This document shows, piece after piece, positions 57,701 through 64,000 of a stretch of DNA of 64,000 nt. Numbering within the stretch: the first letter of the stretch is position 1; the number at the start of each line of letters is the position of its first letter. The notes under the pieces are model-generated. The model saw only the letters and a list, made by a program, of their open reading frames with translations, made no database searches and was not told where the DNA came from. Made by a program: the position numbers and the translations under genes. The stretch comes from an uncultured Candidatus Saccharibacteria bacterium (GTDB lineage Bacteria; Patescibacteriota; Saccharimonadia; CAILAD01; BJGX01): NCBI GenBank assembly GCA_964425715.1, contig CAYRNO010000001.1, forward strand, positions 10,645 to 74,644. Reading direction: 5' to 3'.

Positions 57701-58550
57701 ATAGTTACATTGTTCTTTAAAACAAAAATAAAAAAATAAAAATATGCCACACACATATATTTATTACATTTCGATAGGTGATCCATGAACTCTAATTGGA
57801 TAACCGTAACCTAACAGTAGAGGAAATCTGGTTCATAAAAAGCAGCCCCCTTGCTTTTTGTGACCAGTTTTTCCCTACTGTTCGAGGTAAGCTATCAGTT
57901 ATACAGTATTTTTTGCACCTTAAGTAACTGATATGCACTATCATTCCGTCGGAGACAACCAGAGTCTGCGCTCTACTTTTTTGGGGCGCGCACTCTGGTT
58001 GTACTACCAGAAGAGTGGTAGGGAAGTCGTCAACAGCACTTCACTACATATGAATGTATATGTGTTGATTGACTACACCCATACTACCTTAGGATCATAC
58101 CTAGGGGAGTTCTCGGGCCAGCGTGTGCCAGTTAAAGTTATACTTTCAAAGGGCAGATACGTTGGCCCGTAACCATAAAGGCATTATAATCTACCAAGCC
58201 GCTATTTTTTAGCGGTTTTTTGTTTATAAAATGTTATTCTTATTTGACACAATTATATATATTAATGTTAGTAAATGCTGACAATATGTCGTGAAGTTAT
58301 ACACATTTGTCCACAGCAAATGAATTGATATAAATAATTGTGTATCAAATAGCTTGCAATAAAATTCAATTTCAGCAACTAATATTAATTAAAAAATCAA
58401 AGAGTAATAATATTGTTCAAAATATAATGCCATAATATCACTATCATAAAAGTTGTTCAAAATTGAATACTTTTATAACGCTAATAAAATATACTTAGAG
58501 TAAGTGTACAATTGAGCATATTTATCGGATAATAAGTAGAGAAATGTATT

Positions 58551-58937
58551 ATGAGAAATAGAGCGATATTATTTATAGAATTAATGCTTTTTATCCTACT
58601 TATAGGATCTCTAAGTATAGACGTGTATATGATGATTAACTTTACTCCTAAACAGCTTGGTCCTGCGGCAATAACTTTTTGGTTTATAGGTGTAGCTATA
58701 TTTATTGCAAGTCTAGTGACTTTGGTGGAATACAACCTGAAACTCAGGAAAGAAGCTAATAGAATGCAGCCTAGGAAAGTTTTGATAAAAACATTGCGAA
58801 CAGGTATATTGCTAGGCTTGACTATTACAATCTTACTAGCATTATCTAGCTTGAGAAGTCTCAGCTTGCGAGATATAATACTCTTTATACTTACCGTAGT
58901 TATAATAGAATTATATTTCCGTACTCGTAAAGCTTAA
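58551..58937 (+). CDS. small polytopic membrane protein (hypothetical)
   Basis: 128 aa; four hydrophobic helices; directly upstream of pheS. Confidence 0.4.
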   Translation: MRNRAILFIELMLFILLIGSLSIDVYMMINFTPKQLGPAAITFWFIGVAIFIASLVTLVEYNLKLRKEANRMQPRKVLIKTLRTGILLGLTITILLALSSLRSLSLRDIILFILTVVIIELYFRTRKA

Positions 58938-58941
58938 CTTC

Positions 58942-59937
58942 ATGAAATCCAAACTAAAATCAATTACAGATGAATATTTGATAGAAGCAATAACTGCTTT
59001 TGATAAAGCTACAACTAAGATGCAGTTAGATCAAGCTAAAGCTAAATATTTGGGAATAAAAAGCGTACTTGTTGAAGAGCTTAAAATGATTCCTCAAATA
59101 AATATAAATGATAGGGCAGAGGTCGGTAAATTACTAAATGATCGAAGGAACGAACTGAACAATCTGTATCGGCAGGCAGTTGATAAGAGTAGTGAAGAAA
59201 CAAGTGATTATTCAATAGACATGAGTAGACCTTTTACACCTGAAGAATATAGCTATGGTCATTCACATCCTACAAGCAGAGTACTGGAGCAGACTTTTGA
59301 AATATTTACGCGATTAGGATTTGCGATAATAGACAGTGAAGAGATAGAAACTGATTGGTATAATTTTGAAGCACTGAATATGCCGAAAGAACATCCTGCT
59401 CGTGATATGCAAGATACCTTTTATATAGATAATGGTAAGATGAATCTACTACCTAGATCTCATACATCAGGGATGCAAGTTCGTTTTATGGAGGATAATA
59501 AGCCGCCTTACAAGATAATAGTACCCGGAAGAGTGTTTCGTAATGAAGATGAAGATGCCACACATGCCTGGATATTTAATCAAGTAGAGGGATTGGTAGT
59601 GGGGGAGGGTGTATCGATGTCGGATCTTAAGGGTACTCTCCTAGAGGTAGTTAGGGGGTTACTAGGTCCAGATGTAAATATAAGATTTAGGGCGAGCTAC
59701 TTTCCATACACAGAGCCATCTGTAGAGCTCGACTGTAAATACAAAGGGAAGTGGCTCGAGCTAGGTGGGGCAGGGATGGTACACCCTCAAGTCCTTAGAA
59801 ATGGTGGTGTAGATCCGGATAAATACACTGGTTTTGCGTTTGGTTGGGGTGCAGAAAGATTTGCAGTAATAAAATATGGACTCAATGACTTGCGTGAACT
59901 TTGGCGACCTAGATTTGACTTCTTGGAGCAATTTTAA
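58942..59937 (+). CDS. pheS: phenylalanyl-tRNA synthetase alpha subunit
   Basis: 331 aa; class II motifs (FRNEDEDATHAWIFNQVEG, GFAFGWGAERFAVIKYGLNDLR). Confidence 0.9.
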   Translation: MKSKLKSITDEYLIEAITAFDKATTKMQLDQAKAKYLGIKSVLVEELKMIPQININDRAEVGKLLNDRRNELNNLYRQAVDKSSEETSDYSIDMSRPFTPEEYSYGHSHPTSRVLEQTFEIFTRLGFAIIDSEEIETDWYNFEALNMPKEHPARDMQDTFYIDNGKMNLLPRSHTSGMQVRFMEDNKPPYKIIVPGRVFRNEDEDATHAWIFNQVEGLVVGEGVSMSDLKGTLLEVVRGLLGPDVNIRFRASYFPYTEPSVELDCKYKGKWLELGGAGMVHPQVLRNGGVDPDKYTGFAFGWGAERFAVIKYGLNDLRELWRPRFDFLEQF

Positions 59938-59950
59938 ATATGTAAATATT

Positions 59951-62731
59951 ATGAGAATACCTATAAATTTAATAAATGAATACTTAAAGATTAAACTTAC
60001 TACTAATGAAGTAGTAGAGTGTTTAGAAAAAACCGAAATTGAAGTAGAAGAGATAATTGCTGCAAAAAGCCTGCATAAGAACATAGTCACTGCTAGGGTT
60101 ATAAAAATTGATAAGCATCCCAATGCAGATAGGCTGAAGTTAGTATTGCTTGGTTTGAAAGATGATAAAACTGTAAAAGTAGTGTGTGGTGCATCTAATG
60201 TAGAATTAAATCAAATGGTGGCGTATGCGAAGCCGGGTAGTGTACTCCCGGATGGGAGCAAAATAAGCAAAGCAGTAATAAGAGGTGTGAATTCTGCCGG
60301 AATGCTGTGTTCGCCTAGAGAGTTAGGTAAGTCAGATGATCATGAAGGGATAGCTGTTCTCGACCCTGACCTCCCCCATGGAATATCATTGTGCGACATA
60401 GAAGATACGCAAGATATCATAGACATTAAGACCCCCGCTAATCGCTTTGACATGCTTTCCTTCGTCGGTATCGCAAGAGAAATATCTGCAAATTCTAAAA
60501 ATAATTTATTACTAGAACCTAAAAGCGTAAATTTATTGTTTGATAAAAAAGAGCAAACAAAAATTGAAGATAAACAAATATGTAAAAGATTTATAAGTGC
60601 AAGAATAAAAATCAACAATAAAGTAAAGTCACCACAATGGCTTGTGGATAACTTATTGGCAGCAGGGATGAGGCCAATCAGTCCAGTAGTAGATATTACC
60701 AACTTTGTAATGCTAGAAACAGGACAGCCCTCTCACGCATATGATGCAAATAAATTGAAAAGTGACTTACAAGTAAGATTTGCTAAGAAAAATGAAAGAT
60801 TAATCACCCTAGATGGAAGCTCATTGGACTTAGATAAATCAGATCTAGTAATAGTAGACAAAAACAAACCTATTGGGTTAGCTGGAGTGATTGGTGGCAA
60901 AGATACGGAAACCGATGAAAAAACAGATGAGGTAATATTAGAAGTTGCCAACTTCGATAAAACTACAGTTCGTAAGGCTGCGCTTAGACATGGCATAAGG
61001 ACTGAGGCAAGTTCAAGATTTGAAAAAGGCCTTCCACTCCCCCTTCAAGAATATGCAATCAAAAGACTGATATATTTGTATAAGAAAATTTGCAAGGGCG
61101 AATTGGTAGGCGAAGTAAATGACCAACTTTATTCCTGGCCTTGGATTCAACACGTTGGTCTTAGAATTCGAAAAGCTGAAAAATTTTTAGGAATGACACT
61201 GGATGAAAAGCAAATACTAGTAGGACTCAAAAAAAGAGGATTCGAAGCAGAGCACTTCTCTATAGTAAAAGAAGCTAGAAAACATTTAGGTAAACCTTAT
61301 AAATGGGGAGCTAATTTTAAACAAGACGGCATTGATGCTTTTGACTGCGGATATTTTGTTGACTACGTTTACTCTCTGATCGGAGAAATGGTAGGCCATC
61401 AATGTTTGCAGCTTTTTGAGTCTGGACAGCCAGTAGAAGTGAAAGATCTAAAGCCTGGAGATACAGTCTTTAGAGATGGACCATGGGAAAAATTGACAAG
61501 AAAAGAAAGAAAAGGCCTTTCGCATGTCGCCATATATATTGGAAATGGGAAAATAATTCATGCTGCCGATACATATAGAGGAAAAGATGGAAAATGGAAA
61601 AAATATCCTAAAGATAAGCAAGTAGTAATCGAGGAATCAGTTGAAACTATTACTAAAGACCCAGACTATAGAGGAGCTAGAAGGTATGTTGATAATTTTA
61701 ATCACATCCTTGCAATAACAGCACCCTGGTGGCGCGAAGATGTTCGTATAGAACAAGATATCTATGAAGAAATTGCAAAAATAGTGGGTTACGATAATCT
61801 GCCTGCTACTCTCCCCTCACTTCCTCCAGAATCATATAATGAACATCAGATGATGATGAGAATGACCAAATTACGAAATTTACTTGTAGATAGAGGATTG
61901 TTTGAAGTAATGTCATATTCATTCGTTAGCCACAAACATCTGCAAAACGATAATCTAGATCAGGATAAACATCTCAAGGTAGTAAATCCATTGAGCACTG
62001 AACAAGAGTTTCTTCGCACAACCCTTATGAGTAGTCATGTGCAGATAGTAAAGAACAACACAAACTACTCACAAGATAGATTTGGATTCTTTGAAATATC
62101 AAGAGTATACGAGAAAATATCTTCAAAACATGAAAAATCGGAAAAATGGCTATTGGCAATAACGGTCGTTGGCGATGAGGGTTATGTGAAAATAAAATCT
62201 TTGCTAGATGCGTTAGATTCGAAGTACGTTTGGGATTTAAAATACGAACCATTACAGAATAATAGATATCAAAAAGGAATTGCTGCAAATATTCTAGTGG
62301 GTGAAGAATTAGTAGGAAATTATGGTCAACTAAGCAAAAACCAATTAAAGAAACATTATAAAAATCCAAGGCCAATTAGTTATTGCGAAATAGATATTGA
62401 TAGATTAGATATAAGTATGAAAGATTTCAAAGTCCAAAACATAGCAAATTATCAACTCATAAGTCGTGATGTTACCCTTGAGATAGATAATGATATTTGG
62501 TGGCAACAATTGCAAGATAGCATAAAGCTAAATGAAGAATTAAAAAAAATAGAATATATAGATGAGTTTATAAATGATGATCTTGAAAAAGCTAATAAAA
62601 AACGAATAAGTTTCAGGCTAATATTAGATCTAGGAGCTCAACCTACCAGTCAAGAAATAACGAATATTGTTGATAATATTACTAAAAATCTACTGAAAAA
62701 AGAATTATTTAAAAACTCGACAGTTATCTAA
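59951..62731 (+). CDS. pheT: phenylalanyl-tRNA synthetase beta subunit with an inserted NlpC/P60-like domain
   Basis: PheT N-terminal and tRNA-binding domains, B3/4, B5 (LGMTLDEKQILVGLKKRGFEAE ... APWWREDVRIEQDIYEEIAKIVGYDNLP), C-terminal B6-B8; start taken at the Met at 59951 (MRIPINL). An insert of about 155 aa (61253-61721) inside B5 has NlpC/P60 hallmarks. Confidence 0.85.
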   Translation: MRIPINLINEYLKIKLTTNEVVECLEKTEIEVEEIIAAKSLHKNIVTARVIKIDKHPNADRLKLVLLGLKDDKTVKVVCGASNVELNQMVAYAKPGSVLPDGSKISKAVIRGVNSAGMLCSPRELGKSDDHEGIAVLDPDLPHGISLCDIEDTQDIIDIKTPANRFDMLSFVGIAREISANSKNNLLLEPKSVNLLFDKKEQTKIEDKQICKRFISARIKINNKVKSPQWLVDNLLAAGMRPISPVVDITNFVMLETGQPSHAYDANKLKSDLQVRFAKKNERLITLDGSSLDLDKSDLVIVDKNKPIGLAGVIGGKDTETDEKTDEVILEVANFDKTTVRKAALRHGIRTEASSRFEKGLPLPLQEYAIKRLIYLYKKICKGELVGEVNDQLYSWPWIQHVGLRIRKAEKFLGMTLDEKQILVGLKKRGFEAEHFSIVKEARKHLGKPYKWGANFKQDGIDAFDCGYFVDYVYSLIGEMVGHQCLQLFESGQPVEVKDLKPGDTVFRDGPWEKLTRKERKGLSHVAIYIGNGKIIHAADTYRGKDGKWKKYPKDKQVVIEESVETITKDPDYRGARRYVDNFNHILAITAPWWREDVRIEQDIYEEIAKIVGYDNLPATLPSLPPESYNEHQMMMRMTKLRNLLVDRGLFEVMSYSFVSHKHLQNDNLDQDKHLKVVNPLSTEQEFLRTTLMSSHVQIVKNNTNYSQDRFGFFEISRVYEKISSKHEKSEKWLLAITVVGDEGYVKIKSLLDALDSKYVWDLKYEPLQNNRYQKGIAANILVGEELVGNYGQLSKNQLKKHYKNPRPISYCEIDIDRLDISMKDFKVQNIANYQLISRDVTLEIDNDIWWQQLQDSIKLNEELKKIEYIDEFINDDLEKANKKRISFRLILDLGAQPTSQEITNIVDNITKNLLKKELFKNSTVI

Positions 62732-62795
62732 GAATATCTAGATTTCTAGATAAATTATATTACCCTTGTTTGGTAAAAGTTGTATAATAGTTCTA

Positions 62796-64000
62796 ATGGT
62801 TCGTCACGACAAAAATAAAACTCACTCTCATTTTTTGCATTTACCAAAATTTATTTCTAAGTCTGGAATAAAGCCTAGTAAAAAAGCAAGAATCAATTTT
62901 ATAATCATATCTTTAATCCTCTTATTTTGCCTATTTGATCTGGCTATAACAGCCCTTACTATGGGAGGTATGTTCCCGGGAGTGTCAATAGCAGGTCATG
63001 ATGTGAGTTATAAGACTAGAGAACAAACCTTTGAATATCTCAAGAATCAGAAACTTCAAAGAAATTTTACAGTGCGAGTAAATGAAAAAGTTTTCAGTAC
63101 TACATCGGATGAATTGGGTGCGGGATATGATATATCCACTACTGTCGATACTGCCTATAAACTTGGTAGAAATAATTCATCACCATTATTGGGACTTTTC
63201 GACATAAAGAATCAAGGACAAATAGGCTATGCTTATAATGTTGATCAGACCAAACTAAAGAATTTTGCAGATTCGGTAATAAAATCTGTTGGTTACAGCG
63301 CACAAAATGCCTCGCTGAAAGTAGAAAATGGAACTGTGACAGTTGTGCCTGATAAGGATGGCTTGAGGGTGGATCAAAAATACCTGAATAAGATATTGTC
63401 TACATCATTGGCTGATGCAAAAGATCAAAATATAGTTTTACAGCCCCAAACTCTTAAGGCTGATATTTTGACTCAAGATACGTTGGAGGCCAAGCAACAG
63501 GCTGAAAATTTCTTGAGTAAGACTGTAACATTGAACTTTGAAGGAAAAAGCTTTGTAGCCGATAAGACTGCGATGGGATATATGGTCTCATTTAATGAGG
63601 TACCTGGTGTAAATGGAAAGCCTAAATTGCAGGCAAATATCTCAACAGACCAAGTTGCAGGATATGTACAATCAATTGCTAATCAAATAGATATCTCCCC
63701 TATCAATAAGAAAGTAGTGGTACGCAATGGTGCTGAATCTGTAGAGAGAGAAGGTAAGGATGGACGAGCTATTAATCAAAAGTCAGTAATAGATGCAATA
63801 GTAAGTGGTTTGCAAAATAATCAAAACGTAGAGGTAAACTTAACCTCAAGCCCAGTAGCATTTAAGACCGAATACAATAGAACAGTTAGCCTGGACTATA
63901 GTAGATATATTGAGATCAATCTAAGCCAACAAAGGCTATGGGCTTGGCAGGACAACCAAGTTATCTTCTCTACTCCAATCACAAGCGGTGCAACGGCGTA
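62796..64000 (+). CDS. membrane-anchored PG_binding_4/VanW-like protein ending in an L,D-transpeptidase (YkuD) domain; partial, runs off the window
   Basis: Hand-translated open frame of more than 400 codons with no stop before the window end; N-terminal TM anchor (INFIIISLILLFCLFDLAITAL); final residues YIEINLSQQRLWAWQDNQVIFSTPITSGA match the start of the YkuD catalytic domain; extended -10 TGTATAAT ends 8 nt before the ATG. Confidence 0.5.
   Translation, partial: MVRHDKNKTHSHFLHLPKFISKSGIKPSKKARINFIIISLILLFCLFDLAITALTMGGMFPGVSIAGHDVSYKTREQTFEYLKNQKLQRNFTVRVNEKVFSTTSDELGAGYDISTTVDTAYKLGRNNSSPLLGLFDIKNQGQIGYAYNVDQTKLKNFADSVIKSVGYSAQNASLKVENGTVTVVPDKDGLRVDQKYLNKILSTSLADAKDQNIVLQPQTLKADILTQDTLEAKQQAENFLSKTVTLNFEGKSFVADKTAMGYMVSFNEVPGVNGKPKLQANISTDQVAGYVQSIANQIDISPINKKVVVRNGAESVEREGKDGRAINQKSVIDAIVSGLQNNQNVEVNLTSSPVAFKTEYNRTVSLDYSRYIEINLSQQRLWAWQDNQVIFSTPITSGATA

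Noticed and set aside
57933-58172. 79-aa ORF (MHYHSVGDNQ...)
   Set aside because: It lies inside the GC-rich, strongly base-paired region downstream of the consensus promoter. It has no SD or recognisable domain, and it spans several perfect hairpins, so it is more likely non-coding RNA.
57700-58200. Specific identities for the structured RNA (tmRNA, TPP riboswitch, SRP RNA, T-box)
   Set aside because: No tmRNA tRNA-like ends (GGGG...UUCGA / ...CCACCA) and no tag ORF ending in ALAA. The CUGG...CCAG...GUAGGGAAG resemblance to a TPP aptamer is undone by a competing perfect 10-bp helix. No GGAAGCAGC SRP motif is present. No T-box GGUGGNACCGCG is present. It is left as an unidentified candidate.
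60340-60996. Minus-strand ORFs inside pheT (60340-60702, 60733-60996, 62025-62375)
   Set aside because: They are antisense to a continuous, motif-rich PheT reading frame; they are shadow ORFs.

Overview
This reads as a compact, low-GC (about 33-36%) bacterial chromosome segment, with dense same-strand operons, a reduced gene set and many glycosyltransferases. That is compatible with a reduced-genome lineage such as Patescibacteria/CPR, but this is an inference from the sequence alone.

Most of the window is housekeeping. It carries five solitary tRNAs (Arg-CCT, Asp-GTC, Thr-CGT, Val-GAC, Pro-GGG) and an RNase P RNA (rnpB). It encodes four aminoacyl-tRNA synthetase loci (thrS, argS, trpS, pheS/pheT) and ribosomal proteins L25, L28, L20 and L35. 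It also has infC, apparently with a non-AUG (AUA) start, plus smpB, miaA, rnhA and uppP. Cell-envelope genes include murT/gatD (lipid II amidation) and a class I fructose-bisphosphate aldolase. They also include two glycan loci (GT2 + WecA/MraY-type; WbaP-type priming transferase + GT4 + DUF4012-like), a glycolipid-like cluster (GalT-like, two convergent GT28, GT4), a VanY-type M15 peptidase and a partial L,D-transpeptidase.

Non-core content:
- About 40.1-47.3 kb is a roughly 7-kb integrated element. It has a large serine recombinase and all-minus-strand cargo, including a GC-rich endonuclease-III-like HhH-GPD glycosylase and a secreted Excalibur-domain protein.
- A GC-rich islet flanks tRNA-Asp and carries a Cys-rich protein coupled to an AlkB-like dioxygenase.
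- A helicase-nuclease is translationally coupled to a DUF45/SprT-like zincin metallopeptidase, next to rmuC.
- A double-AAA+ Clp-like ATPase carries an N-terminal membrane anchor.

Most unusual observations:
- The PheT beta subunit carries an apparently intact NlpC/P60 cysteine-peptidase domain inserted inside its B5 domain.
- The thrS leader looks like a reduced T-box attenuator, with an ACC specifier in an apical loop, a GGUGGAACC T-box core and an intrinsic terminator.
- A consensus sigma70 promoter drives a roughly 400-nt GC-rich, highly structured non-coding region upstream of pheST.
- A 775-bp AT-rich gene desert contains a 30-bp perfect palindrome.

No CRISPR array and no rRNA were seen. 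All calls rest on motif recognition by eye; no database search was run.
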